DNA of 64,000 nucleotides from an uncultured Candidatus Saccharibacteria bacterium (GCA_964532425.1 CAZHIA010000001.1:270846-334845); one strand, 5' to 3'. Positions 1-9,120 are shown, numbered from the stretch's first letter. The notes: generated by a model from the letters alone, not told the origin. Translations and numbers: made by a program.

Positions 1-96
1 AAGGATTTCTTGCATCTACTCCCCGAATTACCCCTTTACCTCATAGGCTTATATAAAAAAACGGCGGCGAACGGTACTGTTCGCCGCCGGCTGGTC

Positions 97-1023
97 TTAG
101 TAAACCAGTTGGAGATTGCTGGACCACACAGCCAGCATTTGGTTGGCCTTTGCTGTCACGCCTTCTTGGGCCGATGCTTCGTTCAAGAGCTCTTGCATCA
201 TGGCCCTGAGCTGGTAGAACGTCACGGCCTCGGCTTTGGTCTTGGCCGGCTGATCCCGAAGCGCTTCCAGGGTTACTTCCTGGTTTCGTACGGTCGCGCC
301 CTGCTGCTTGAGTCCCTCGATGATCTTGGGATCAAGTCCTTCCTTGAGATGGAAGGTGGGCGGGGCTTTGCGGATGGACCTGGTGCGTTCTGATCTGGCC
401 AGAGAAGCTGCCGGCGCTTCTGCCGCGGCTGGGTACCCGTCGGGGAAGACCAGGTTTTCTGGTACTTTGTACGAGCGAAGCCCGAGCAGAAAGGAGAAAT
501 CGCTTCCTCCTTCGCGTGCCGCTCCAATAATGTCGTACAGCAAAGGGACGATGCCGCCTGACCGTTCGTACTTGGGTACCAGAATCGTACCTGCCGGCTT
601 GGTGAATTTTGCCAGATAGGCGTTGATGGCTTTATCATCGCCGTCGCCGACCGGGTCTTCCGCGTCATCGAGTGGGAGCAGAAATCGTGCTTGGACGAGG
701 CCGGAAAGCAGTGGCTCTGGGCTTACGCCGGGCTGTTGCACCAGGGTGAGCTCCAGTGAGCCGGAGTTCCAGCCGTTCTGGCTGACCAGCACGTTCGCCG
801 CAAACATCCAGCCGTCAGGAACGGACTGGGCTTGTAGAAAGTTGACTGGCGAGGGAAGTGCGAGTCCCTGGATGGTCTGGCCGGCCTGCCCTTCGGGAAA
901 AGCGAGCCGCACGGTGCAGCTGCCATCGGCATTGCAAGCCGAAGTAATGCTCGGCATCATGTCAGCACCTCGTGAGAGCGCGCAAAGCGCAATTGTAATC
1001 AGAATGAGTCTCGGAGTTTTCAT
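97..1023 (-). CDS. secreted hypothetical protein with N-terminal signal peptide
   Basis: 308 aa ORF. N-terminus MKTPRLILITIALCALSRG is signal-peptide-like. GGAGACGA RBS lies 5 nt upstream of the ATG at 1023. No recognisable catalytic motif. Confidence 0.5.
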   Translation of the reverse strand: MKTPRLILITIALCALSRGADMMPSITSACNADGSCTVRLAFPEGQAGQTIQGLALPSPVNFLQAQSVPDGWMFAANVLVSQNGWNSGSLELTLVQQPGVSPEPLLSGLVQARFLLPLDDAEDPVGDGDDKAINAYLAKFTKPAGTILVPKYERSGGIVPLLYDIIGAAREGGSDFSFLLGLRSYKVPENLVFPDGYPAAAEAPAASLARSERTRSIRKAPPTFHLKEGLDPKIIEGLKQQGATVRNQEVTLEALRDQPAKTKAEAVTFYQLRAMMQELLNEASAQEGVTAKANQMLAVWSSNLQLVY

Positions 1024-1038
1024 TTTTCGTCTCCTCGG

Positions 1039-1815
1039 TCAGAACCCCATAAATCCCAAGAACCCCATTTCGGATCCTTTACCCGCAAGGTGGAAAATGC
1101 CGTTGCCCCGCGAACTCGCGACAAAACCTTGGGCGAGCGCGAGGTAGCGGAAGAACTTATCGATCCCGGGTGGCACGGAAACATCCGCCTCCTTGCCGGT
1201 AAAGTGCTTTTCCGGTCCGGGCGGGCTTGTCCAGGCTAACGTAGTACAATACGTTCCCGCGCTGGGCAGGGCGATCCTGCCAATGATGAGCGGGCCGATA
1301 TTGCCCATTTGCATGGCTTGGCCGAGATTGACGAGGCCGTAAACCGTCCCTTGTGTCCCAAAGGAATTCATTGGGTGAATGGGATCGCCCTTGGGCGTGA
1401 CGTAGTCAGCTGCATTGTGGTAAGGGAGAAAGAAAAGACCTCCGTATCCGACAGCCATGTAGCTGTCCTTGATAAACACGTCCTCTGTGCTTTCGCCGTA
1501 TACCCGGTAGAGGCCGGAGAACTCGGGGAGTCGCCACGTGAAATGGATTTTTCCGTCCATGTCCGAAATCAATTCCAATTGCGTAATGACTCCGTTGGGC
1601 GGTATGCCGATATGGTTCATATGTCCACCGGTGTCATCGAGGCGCTGGACATGGACTGTTGCAGGTACTCCGGCCAGTGGCCTTCGTGACGGCAGCTCGA
1701 AAATTTCCAACACGCCGGCGACGAGTGCTCCTGGTGGTTTATAGGCAACTCCGTCGGACCGCGCAGGCACTTGCGTGACAACAAAAACGAAGCAAGCCAT
1801 CATGGCTTTCTTCAT
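1039..1815 (-). CDS. secreted hypothetical protein (start trimmed to the MKKAMMACFVFVV signal peptide)
   Basis: The ORF track gives 1039..1863. The internal ATG at 1815 is preceded by AGGAGG and begins a hydrophobic signal peptide. No known domain recognised. Confidence 0.5.
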   Translation of the reverse strand: MKKAMMACFVFVVTQVPARSDGVAYKPPGALVAGVLEIFELPSRRPLAGVPATVHVQRLDDTGGHMNHIGIPPNGVITQLELISDMDGKIHFTWRLPEFSGLYRVYGESTEDVFIKDSYMAVGYGGLFFLPYHNAADYVTPKGDPIHPMNSFGTQGTVYGLVNLGQAMQMGNIGPLIIGRIALPSAGTYCTTLAWTSPPGPEKHFTGKEADVSVPPGIDKFFRYLALAQGFVASSRGNGIFHLAGKGSEMGFLGFMGF

Positions 1816-1895
1816 GTGTGGTGTCCTCCTTCTGTTGCTCGAATGAGCCTTAGAATATAGCAAATATCGGCTTAGCTGTCAACAGTTTTAGCCTG

Positions 1896-1930
1896 CAAAA
1901 TAAAAACAAGAGCTGCGTACAGCTCTTGTC
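1896..1930 (-). terminator. rho-independent terminator for the 1952..2437 gene (minus strand)
   Basis: Hairpin AACAAGAGCTG-cgta-CAGCTCTTGT. On the minus strand it is followed by TTTTTATTTT. Confidence 0.55.
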
Positions 1931-1951
1931 TGAGTGTGGTGCCTGAGCCTA

Positions 1952-2437
1952 CTATCCCAAGCTTAACCAGCGGATTTGGCGGGGTACCTTCTGGGTTTTA
2001 TTAAGCGCTTCTATGAGCGCTCCGGCTGTGGTGACATCTTTTGGGATGCGGAAGATTTCGTACATCGCATTCCAGCCGAGACTCACCCCGAGCTCTTCCC
2101 GCACTTTCTGGTCTGAGGGGATCGGGGTCTCGTCAGTGATCAGTGAAGGGCGAATCTTCAGTAGGCAAGAGAGTTGGTATAGCGCAGCATAGCGAATGCG
2201 TTCAGAGCGGTCGTGGGTTTCGCGGGAGTTGGTTAAGCATTCCAAAGCTTCCTCTCTGCGGAGTTCTTCCTGCTCCGCCGCCGCCCAGTCGTCCTCGGGC
2301 GAGCCGGGTGTGCCGTTCTGTTCCCGCTCAAGAGATAAAAAGTAAGCGCGCACGCTGATGCGGTGCTGTCGCTTTTGGTCTTCCTTCATGTTGCGCCAGG
2401 TTTCTTCCGGCAGCATCCATTCATCGGTCATGGTCAA
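1952..2437 (-). CDS. hypothetical protein (161 aa, acidic)
   Basis: Clean ORF with GGAGGG RBS upstream of the ATG at 2437 and a terminator downstream. No recognisable domain. Confidence 0.45.
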   Translation of the reverse strand: MTMTDEWMLPEETWRNMKEDQKRQHRISVRAYFLSLEREQNGTPGSPEDDWAAAEQEELRREEALECLTNSRETHDRSERIRYAALYQLSCLLKIRPSLITDETPIPSDQKVREELGVSLGWNAMYEIFRIPKDVTTAGALIEALNKTQKVPRQIRWLSLG

Positions 2438-2516
2438 CCCTCCTTGGTGATAATAACGTTGTATTTAATCACATATAGGCTCCCGAGTCAACTGTAGTAT
2501 TGAGGTATAGAACCTC

Positions 2517-2547
2517 TTGACATATTGGATAAAATTTGTCATAATGT
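2517..2547 (+). promoter_or_regulatory. sigma70-like promoter (TTGACA ... TCATAAT) upstream of the 2593 gene
   Basis: ttgacatattggataaaatttgtcataat has a consensus -35 and a near-consensus -10 at appropriate spacing. Confidence 0.4.
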
Positions 2548-2592
2548 CGAGTTGTAGTTTTCCAAAGTAAAGGAGGTATAACCGATATAAGC

Positions 2593-4194
2593 ATGTCAGA
2601 GTACACGCTGGAAGAGCTTCAAGAGCTTGCCCTGCCGGCTCTGCGGCATGCGGAGCTGGTTACATTGGCAGGCAATCAGAGTCCCACCAGGACATACGAA
2701 CTTGCAATTGCGAAATGGCCTCGCCGACAGGCGAAGGCCGCGCGGTATCTGGCGATGCTGCGTACGCGTTTTGGACAGAAGGCATATAAAGCCTTCATAG
2801 CTTCTGTAGAGCACGTTCGGCCGCAAGGCACAGAGCACGCTCAAGGAGAGGAAAAGATGAGTAAGACAGTACAGAGCCGTCCGCCGGAGTTTTTGTATCC
2901 GACAATGCGGCAGTTTCCGTTCGATGAAGTTTGCGAGCAGATCGTTCGCGAACTTGAAAAACGTAACTGGAAAGTTCCTGGTGTTGAAACCGAGTTCAGT
3001 GAATACGGTTCCGGCGACCAGAAGTACCGCCATGTTCAGCAGATTAGCGGAGACGAGTTCAAACTGCATTTTTGTCGCAAGCAGCGAACCATGCCAGGCG
3101 GGCAGTGGAACGATGTTGCCGCCGTGACGCAGGTCAACATTCCCCGAGCAGAATTGCACGTCTACGAAGACGAGTCCGGGCCGACATTGTATTTGTATGC
3201 CGGCGACGACTGGGAACGCGACCGCGAAGGATTTGTCAGCGGTTCGAAGGTCAACAGCAAGCTGAACGGCAAGCCGCGCACCTATCTGAAGTACAAAGGC
3301 GCGTGGAGCAATCCGGCCAAATATATTTATCCAGGCCAGCGCCCTCCCTTGCTGGTCTCTGACAACGACCTCGGCCGCGAATATGATCCAGTTGTTAAGA
3401 TGGATGCGGTGGAATTGGCGCCGGGCTGTGTGGTCATCGATATCGAGTCCGAGCCGGTGCAGTTCAAAACGGCGGACGTCATGGACGGCTTCACCCGGTG
3501 GCTCCAAGACCACGTTCTAGCGCTCATCCTGTCCCATCCAATTGCCGAGACTGAACCGGAAACTATTCCGGCAGTTGTACCGTTTCCACAACTCACCATT
3601 CTGGGCGAGCTGTTCTGCTTCGGCGAATATCGCGATGCACAGCGGATCAAACAGGGCAAGGCCGACCCTTCCCAGCTGGAAGCGCACGAGCGCTACGGCA
3701 TGCAAGGGAACGGGTACCGGCTCGTACCCTTTGACGTTTCGGACGACGGAACTCTGCCCAAGATAGCCTACGAAGGCTTCTTGTGGTGCGGGATCGCCCC
3801 GGCGCACATTGTGGTTAGCCTGTCGGAACTGGAAGTGCCGGGTCACATGCGCTGGTCAGATCGTGACGGCTGCGTCATCCGTGTTCGGCCCAGGAGCGGC
3901 GATGGCATTTACATTGCCGACCATGGCGAGTACGAGCAGCGCCGCGCGGAGATCGAGGCATTTGCCTTTCAAACTGAACCGGAACGGACTCGGCTGACTG
4001 GTACCGAGGTCGCGGAATTTATCCGCGCCCGCGGCCGGACCATTGTTCCCATCACGGAGTATAAAGGCGGCTTCAGCAAGCCGGTCGTACTCATTTGCCG
4101 GGAGCTGGGGTTCGACGAAGTCGAGATTGTGGAAGGGCCATGGTTTGACGGGTTGCTAGTGAAAGGAGCGTCTTCACATGATGCTCAGGGATAA
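2593..4194 (+). CDS. large hypothetical protein (533 aa). A possible internal start at 2857 (MSKTVQ..., GGAGAGG RBS) suggests two fused or coupled ORFs.
   Basis: Long GC-rich ORF with no stop from 2593. No motif I can assign. The antisense ORF 2596..3513 is a shadow. Confidence 0.5.
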   Translation: MSEYTLEELQELALPALRHAELVTLAGNQSPTRTYELAIAKWPRRQAKAARYLAMLRTRFGQKAYKAFIASVEHVRPQGTEHAQGEEKMSKTVQSRPPEFLYPTMRQFPFDEVCEQIVRELEKRNWKVPGVETEFSEYGSGDQKYRHVQQISGDEFKLHFCRKQRTMPGGQWNDVAAVTQVNIPRAELHVYEDESGPTLYLYAGDDWERDREGFVSGSKVNSKLNGKPRTYLKYKGAWSNPAKYIYPGQRPPLLVSDNDLGREYDPVVKMDAVELAPGCVVIDIESEPVQFKTADVMDGFTRWLQDHVLALILSHPIAETEPETIPAVVPFPQLTILGELFCFGEYRDAQRIKQGKADPSQLEAHERYGMQGNGYRLVPFDVSDDGTLPKIAYEGFLWCGIAPAHIVVSLSELEVPGHMRWSDRDGCVIRVRPRSGDGIYIADHGEYEQRRAEIEAFAFQTEPERTRLTGTEVAEFIRARGRTIVPITEYKGGFSKPVVLICRELGFDEVEIVEGPWFDGLLVKGASSHDAQG

Positions 4195-4417
4195 GCTTGG
4201 CCGGTTCAAGACCGCAAAACCATACCGGGTAACCCTGCGGAACCTGAGCCTTCCTGAGAGCCAATCTTGGCTGAAGGAATGGAAGTATGCGAGTTATTCG
4301 GGAGCTCGCAAGAAATTCAACAAAGTCAAACGAGAGCTTGAGTACTTGCATGCGGTCAGCATGAGCCGAAAGATCGGCGTTGGCTGCTACGAGCTCATGG
4401 CTGGAGCGAGAGGATAG
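4178..4417 (+). CDS. small hypothetical protein (79 aa)
   Basis: AAGGAG RBS 8 nt upstream of the ATG. It overlaps the stop of the preceding gene, which suggests translational coupling. Confidence 0.35.
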   Translation: MMLRDKLGRFKTAKPYRVTLRNLSLPESQSWLKEWKYASYSGARKKFNKVKRELEYLHAVSMSRKIGVGCYELMAGARG

Positions 4418-4431
4418 GATAGGAGGAGAAC

Positions 4432-4665
4432 ATGACAAGCCCATACAAGAAATACCTGCAGGTGCTTCTGGATTCGACCGTTGAGGTCCGGATTGACCGT
4501 GATGGCGCTCCCAGCGTGGACGGCACGGTCAAGGAAGTCGAAGACGATGCCTGTGTCATCCAGAGCAGGGATGACAATCCTGAACTGGTGCGCGTGCACT
4601 ACATCGCGTACGACGACATTCGCGGCGTCAGCCGGCTTGACCATAACTACGACATAATCGGTTAA
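4432..4665 (+). CDS. small hypothetical protein (77 aa, acidic, possibly Sm/KOW-like beta fold)
   Basis: AGGAGGAG RBS. Followed by a strong terminator. Confidence 0.45.
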   Translation: MTSPYKKYLQVLLDSTVEVRIDRDGAPSVDGTVKEVEDDACVIQSRDDNPELVRVHYIAYDDIRGVSRLDHNYDIIG

Positions 4666-4687
4666 TGTACAAACAACAACGCACTGG

Positions 4688-4718
4688 GGAAACCCGGTGC
4701 GTTTTTTTATGTGGCATT
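4688..4718 (+). terminator. rho-independent terminator
   Basis: GCACTGGGG-aaa-CCCGGTGC followed by TTTTTTT. Confidence 0.65.
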
Positions 4719-4798
4719 GACGAGCCTGGTCAAAAAGAGTATATTGTGAAGTCGTACTATTTTGAGGCTGTCGAAAAGAAAAAGACAAGGAGGCGGGC

Positions 4799-5101
4799 AT
4801 GAAGAGATGGGTAATCGTTGAGCTGAGTGTGTTGATCCTCGTGATCTATTCGGCAGCGATGTACCAGGTCGGCTACCGCATGGCAGGAAACAATTATCGG
4901 GCCGAATTGCAGATTGCATCTGCGGAAGTGAAAAAGTCATCGGACCAGGCCGAAGAGATCTTGAAAAGTTTGCAGAAAGCCAAGCAGGACCAGGATGCTG
5001 AAACTGCCGCTATCAACAAGCAGCTGGACCGGGCTTTCCAAGACGTGAAGGAGTTGAAAGCGGAAACAGCCAGGCTGATGAAGCAGTGCGGCGTGAAGTA
5101 A
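4799..5101 (+). CDS. membrane-anchored coiled-coil hypothetical protein (100 aa)
   Basis: AAGGAGG RBS. N-terminal TM segment WVIVELSVLILVIYSAAMY followed by a charged helical region. Confidence 0.5.
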   Translation: MKRWVIVELSVLILVIYSAAMYQVGYRMAGNNYRAELQIASAEVKKSSDQAEEILKSLQKAKQDQDAETAAINKQLDRAFQDVKELKAETARLMKQCGVK

Positions 5102-5115
5102 CAAGGAGGAATACG

Positions 5116-5289
5116 ATGAAGTGGTTTACATACCAGCTTCGCTGTATGTTGGGTGAGAGCTACCTTATGTGGGCGCTCAAAATGTTTCCTCCGGATTCGG
5201 AGGAACGGCAAGAGCTGGTAGAATTCGTCGCCGGCTTTATGAGGCGGCGCACGGAATTGCGGCCTCACCTCGAGCAGGATCGCGGGTAA
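5116..5289 (+). CDS. small hypothetical protein (57 aa; ORF track 5086..5289, start moved to the ATG after the AAGGAGG RBS)
   Basis: AAGGAGGAATACG ATG context. Followed by the hairpin at 5298..5326. Confidence 0.35.
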   Translation: MKWFTYQLRCMLGESYLMWALKMFPPDSEERQELVEFVAGFMRRRTELRPHLEQDRG

Positions 5290-5297
5290 TATTGCAA

Positions 5298-5326
5298 AAG
5301 CCGTTCCGGTTTACGGAACGGCTTTC
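5298..5326. terminator. bidirectional terminator hairpin between convergent genes
   Basis: AAAGCCGTTCCG-gttta-CGGAACGGCTTT, a perfect 12 bp stem flanked by A and T runs. Confidence 0.6.
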
Positions 5327-5334
5327 TTATTGGT

Positions 5335-6180
5335 TTAGTCTTCGTTGCTTTCTCGCTGCTTCTCTTTCCGTTTTTCGCTTTGGTTGTGTTGGTCTTCCCT
5401 GTCCTTGGAACCACGAAAACCGCCCTTGAGCGAAGGCAGTGTCGAAGTGGTGCTGGTGCCCTGGACCTGGGCAGGGGGCAAGACCGGTGTGGTGGCTGGT
5501 GCGATGGATTGATCCTGTGCGTCAGTTTTTTCCTGGTCATGCGCTGCGCGCGCCCGGTCCCCGGGACCGTCCTCGCTGTTGTTCTTGTCCTGGTGCGGGA
5601 TGTTTACTTTGGCCTTTTTTGCGTGGGTCTTCAATTCTTGAATTGTGGTGTCGATGTCCTGGGCTTCATGGGATTGTCCGTGTTCTTCTTTATCCTTCTG
5701 AACATTCGAAAGGTCATCGATGGCCTGCTGGACCTGGGTCGCTGCCTCATTTTGGACCTGGGAAGGCACGGGCATATTGGCCTTTGGCGCGCTGGTCTGA
5801 ATTTTCTCGATCTCCTTCAGGCGCTGCTCGGCATGCTTGGCCTGGACCACGGCTTTCTTTTCCGGCGTGGGAGCCAGTGTAAGTTCAACTTTTTCCTTGG
5901 CCAATTTAACCGGATACAGCGGGTCTCCCGGTACGGTGCCTGATGCCGCGCCTACCGTGCCTGCCGTAATAGCTATGCCGGCAATGACCGCAGTACCAAA
6001 CTGGACCATGCGAATATGCGCGCGCCAAAAGGGAACTGTGCGCTGAGCCTCCGGCTGTTGCTGGGGAATGAGCGCGGCTTGCTGCAAGATGGCCGTGCGG
6101 ATGCGGGCTTTGGCGTGCGGTGCTAAGGAGAGTTTGCGGCGGAGGCTTTCGAATATGGAGTTGTCAGGCGTGCGGTTCAT
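5335..6180 (-). CDS. putative anti-sigma factor / sigma-associated single-pass membrane protein
   Basis: Overlaps the upstream ECF sigma gene by 17 nt. It has a cytoplasmic N-domain, one TM (VQFGTAVIAGIAITAGTVGAA) and an extracytoplasmic low-complexity region. The function is inferred from this architecture. Confidence 0.5.
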   Translation of the reverse strand: MNRTPDNSIFESLRRKLSLAPHAKARIRTAILQQAALIPQQQPEAQRTVPFWRAHIRMVQFGTAVIAGIAITAGTVGAASGTVPGDPLYPVKLAKEKVELTLAPTPEKKAVVQAKHAEQRLKEIEKIQTSAPKANMPVPSQVQNEAATQVQQAIDDLSNVQKDKEEHGQSHEAQDIDTTIQELKTHAKKAKVNIPHQDKNNSEDGPGDRARAAHDQEKTDAQDQSIAPATTPVLPPAQVQGTSTTSTLPSLKGGFRGSKDREDQHNQSEKRKEKQRESNED

Positions 6181-6727
6181 GGTCGTGGTTAATGAGTGCT
6201 TGTAATTTTTTTACGGCGCGGTGTTGGATGAGGCGAACTGCCAGGCTGCTCTTGCCGGTGATCTTGGCAGTTTCCTGGATTGAGTACTCGGAGAGATATC
6301 TCAGTTCCAAAATTGTGCGGTAGTGGGCGGGCAGTTTGGCAAGCAGTGCGGCTAATGCCCGGGCATCAATCTGCGCATCAATCGCAGCGCTATCGCGGGA
6401 TTCGACGGGAGTATCGAGATCGTCCAAAAGTTCCACTTCCTGCGGCTGGCGGACATTGCGGCGGTAATGATCGTGGCAGGTGTTGGAGGCAATGCGGTAC
6501 ATCCAGGCTGAAAAATTACCTCCCTGTTCCAGGCGGAACGTAGGCAGACCGCGCCAGGCTTTGAGGAACGTTTCCTGCAGCAGATCTTCGGCCGCTTGCC
6601 GTCCATTGACTTTAAGCCGAATGTAGCGGAATAGGGAATCAGCGAGCAGGTCGTAAATCTTTCCAAAAGCCTCGGTGTCGCCGTGCTGTGCCTTTTCTAT
6701 AAATGGGGTAAGTTCGTTTGTGTTCAC
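6164..6727 (-). CDS. RNA polymerase sigma-70 factor, ECF subfamily
   Basis: Sigma region 2 (DLLQETFLKAWRGL, FSAWMYRIASN) and region 4 (YRTILELRYLSEYSIQETAKITGKSSLAVRLIQHRAVKKL) are clearly present. Confidence 0.85.
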   Translation of the reverse strand: MNTNELTPFIEKAQHGDTEAFGKIYDLLADSLFRYIRLKVNGRQAAEDLLQETFLKAWRGLPTFRLEQGGNFSAWMYRIASNTCHDHYRRNVRQPQEVELLDDLDTPVESRDSAAIDAQIDARALAALLAKLPAHYRTILELRYLSEYSIQETAKITGKSSLAVRLIQHRAVKKLQALINHDHEPHA

Positions 6728-6800
6728 TCAGTATAACGAAAAATTTTCAGGACTGTTTCCCTGGTATTATAGGTCAGAAAGCCGCAAATTGCCACGTTGG

Positions 6801-7151
6801 CTATTCTTCTTCCAGGTCCCGGAGTTCCCGGGAATCGGGAGTTGCCCTATCATCATCGTCATCTGTGTCGCGTATTCGGACAGTATTAATGGCCGGCGCA
6901 ATTGCGGTGCTGCTTGATACTGTCTGGGCGGTTATCGGCTGAACAGCCCGCGCAGCTGCATTCAGGCGGGCTGGCTGCTCGGGCGCGGGTTTGGCGGATC
7001 GATCCGACTGCTGGGCTGTGGGCTGGGTTTTAGCCGCTGAATCAAAACTTCCCGCGCGTTTAATATTCCCGTGGGCTGCCGAAGCAATAATGACAGCACA
7101 GCCGCTCACCACGGCAGCTGTGGCTATGATCGAAAACAGATCATTTTTCAT
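6801..7151 (-). CDS. possible small lipoprotein (116 aa)
   Basis: N-terminus MKNDLFSIIATAAVVSGC resembles a signal peptide with a lipobox cysteine. No clear RBS. Low-complexity C-terminus. Confidence 0.3.
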   Translation of the reverse strand: MKNDLFSIIATAAVVSGCAVIIASAAHGNIKRAGSFDSAAKTQPTAQQSDRSAKPAPEQPARLNAAARAVQPITAQTVSSSTAIAPAINTVRIRDTDDDDDRATPDSRELRDLEEE

Positions 7152-7212
7152 AGGGGCTTATTATATGCTTATGCAAAGTATAACGGCAATTTTTCCGCTT
7201 TGTTTCGGATAC

Positions 7213-7238
7213 TAAAACCCCCGGGCCAGCCCGGGGGT
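7213..7238 (-). terminator. terminator of the histidine-phosphatase gene (minus strand)
   Basis: CCCCCGGGC-cag-CCCGGGGG hairpin with a U tract on the minus strand. Confidence 0.6.
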
Positions 7239-7250
7239 AAGGAAGTGATG

Positions 7251-7877
7251 CTATTTGAGCAATGATTTTAAATTGGCGATCTTGCCGTCCGTAACCACCC
7301 ATTCGTAAATGTCAGTATTGGCAATGTCCTTGCCTGTTTCGCCGGGATGGAAGATGCGGGAAATTTCCGGGAAGTGGAATAAAATGAGCCGAATGATGCC
7401 GCCGTGGGTAATAATACCAATGCTGTTATTGGAATAGTTTTGGACCATATCGAGCAGGGAACTGACCATGCGCTGACGCACGTCTTCGACTGACTCTCCG
7501 CCGAACGGATGGTAATCGTACATTTGCATCTGTTCGGAACGCTTCCAGTCCGGCACTAGGTGCTGGATCTCTTCCTCGGGTTTGCCGGAGAGTGAACCGA
7601 AGTCACGCTCGCGCAGCCGGTAATCGTGCAGAATGGGTACCGGCTCTTTCATGTGCTTATTCAGAATGGCGGCGCTTTCCTCGGCGCGGTAAAGGTAGGA
7701 GGTGAACAGGATGTCGAGGTCCAAAAAACTGACGAGCTTGGCCAGGTGTTCCATCTGCAGAATGCCGGTTGTATCCAGGTACTCATTAATATGGACCCCT
7801 TGCTTGATGTGGTCGGCATTACTGGCGGTCTGTCCGTGCCGGATAAAATAGAGGGTCGTTTGCGGTTTCAAATTCAT
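7251..7877 (-). CDS. histidine phosphatase superfamily protein (phosphoglycerate mutase-like)
   Basis: N-terminal catalytic motif LYFIRHGQT and the downstream conserved histidine region (ITHGGIIR). Confidence 0.8.
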   Translation of the reverse strand: MNLKPQTTLYFIRHGQTASNADHIKQGVHINEYLDTTGILQMEHLAKLVSFLDLDILFTSYLYRAEESAAILNKHMKEPVPILHDYRLRERDFGSLSGKPEEEIQHLVPDWKRSEQMQMYDYHPFGGESVEDVRQRMVSSLLDMVQNYSNNSIGIITHGGIIRLILFHFPEISRIFHPGETGKDIANTDIYEWVVTDGKIANLKSLLK

Positions 7878-8092
7878 GATACAATAACAAAATTATCTAA
7901 AATAAGCCCTTCAGTAGTATATCAGACAATAGTAGAAAGTGAATAGTGACGAGTGGATAGCGCTTGCGTACCTTGACTGCCGGAGTAATTCGCCGGTCGA
8001 TATATGCAAAAAGGACAGCCATTGAGGTATTCCAACAATGACTGCCCTATAAGCTATAACCTAAAAGCTATCAGCTAACGTTTCCGCTCGCC

Positions 8093-8509
8093 TTATTTTG
8101 CCGCAGGCTTGGCTGCTTTCTTGGCAGCCGGCTTGCGCTTGGGCGCGGTCTGGGCTTTTAAGTGCCCGGAAATGTTCTTCCAGTGCTTGCGCATATCCGC
8201 AGCCAGCTCGGTAATTTCCTGGGGATCGATGTTCTTGATCTTCTTGTACTTGTCCATGACCTGGTCAACCACCATATTGTAGTTGCCTTCGGACATATCC
8301 TTCATTTTTTCCAGACGCTCGACAACCTCGCCGCGGGCCTTGATCATCCAGCCGCGCATTTTTTTGCGGTTCTTGGCTGCGTCTTTTGAGCCGTAAAAAT
8401 AGAAGGCGCCAGCTGCGGCTGCGGCTAGGGCGGCCAGGGAAGCGGCACCAATGCCGACCTTGGCTCCGGTGGACATTTTTCCGTTATTGGATTCTTGCTT
8501 ACTTGGCAT
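8093..8509 (-). CDS. hypothetical protein with N-terminal TM and Lys/Ala-rich C-terminus (138 aa)
   Basis: Clean ORF. AAGGAA RBS. Confidence 0.5.
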   Translation of the reverse strand: MPSKQESNNGKMSTGAKVGIGAASLAALAAAAAGAFYFYGSKDAAKNRKKMRGWMIKARGEVVERLEKMKDMSEGNYNMVVDQVMDKYKKIKNIDPQEITELAADMRKHWKNISGHLKAQTAPKRKPAAKKAAKPAAK

Positions 8510-8524
8510 GATATTCCTTTCGTA

Positions 8525-8722
8525 AAGGACTTATGCGCTTGCCCGAGTACGACACCTTTTGGCCGGGCAAAGCCCGAGCCAAAGGCGTTTAGGTATTTTG
8601 TGAGGATTGACCGAGCCGTACTTGGAGGTACGGTGAGACCAACCGGAGCAAAATAACGAAGTAATCGGGCTAGCCCTCGTGGTTTCGCCCTGTGTTTAAT
8701 GTTGGGCGAAACGCATAAGTCC
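8525..8722. ncRNA. candidate structured RNA (closing stem GGACTTATGCG / CGCATAAGTCC plus several internal hairpins); class unknown
   Basis: Roughly 200 nt intergenic. Its two ends are complementary over 10-11 nt. Internal hairpins: TTTGGCCGGGC-aaa-GCCCGAGCCAAA, CCGTAC-ttggag-GTACGG and GTTTCGCCC...GGGCGAAAC. Confidence 0.2.
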
Positions 8723-8726
8723 GTTG

Positions 8727-8990
8727 TTATTTTTTGTGACGTTTATATATACTCGCAATGAACTTGCCGAGGTGCTTGAACTTCAAGCCTTCCTGGCGGG
8801 CGTTGGCTCGTAGGTCTTCCAAATCCTGGGCCAGGTTTTCTGTTTCGGTCTTGGCGGTTTGGGATATTTTTTTGACATCCCTCAGGATCTTGATAATGTA
8901 GTAACCTACCACCGCGATTACAATGATGAACATTATGACCGCGATCGTGGTTATCACAAAAAATACATCCATTTTTATAAAGTCATTCAT
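8727..8990 (-). CDS. small membrane protein (87 aa)
   Basis: One strong TM (FFVITTIAVIMFIIVIAVVGYYIIKIL) followed by a charged coiled tail. Confidence 0.5.
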   Translation of the reverse strand: MNDFIKMDVFFVITTIAVIMFIIVIAVVGYYIIKILRDVKKISQTAKTETENLAQDLEDLRANARQEGLKFKHLGKFIASIYKRHKK

Positions 8991-9120
8991 ATGGGTATTA
9001 TACCATACTAGACGTGCCGTCCTCTCATTTTTTACCGACAGTCATGCCAATAAACTAATAGAAAGATTAAAGATAGAAAAATAGAAAGATTTGAACTGGC
9101 AACTAACATATCCTCAAATG

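Noticed and set aside
10-1147. Plus-strand ORFs 10..393, 308..619 and 623..1147 at the window start
   Set aside because: All overlap the better-supported minus-strand secreted-protein gene 97..1023 (RBS plus signal peptide). They are compositionally odd, Ser/Arg/Pro-rich translations.
2596-3513. 305 aa antisense ORF inside the 2593..4194 gene, and similar long antisense ORFs (17029..17691, 28190..28669, 30766..31377, 59974..60213 and others)
   Set aside because: They are shadow ORFs on the opposite strand of well-supported, motif-bearing genes in GC-rich sequence. No RBS context and no independent support.
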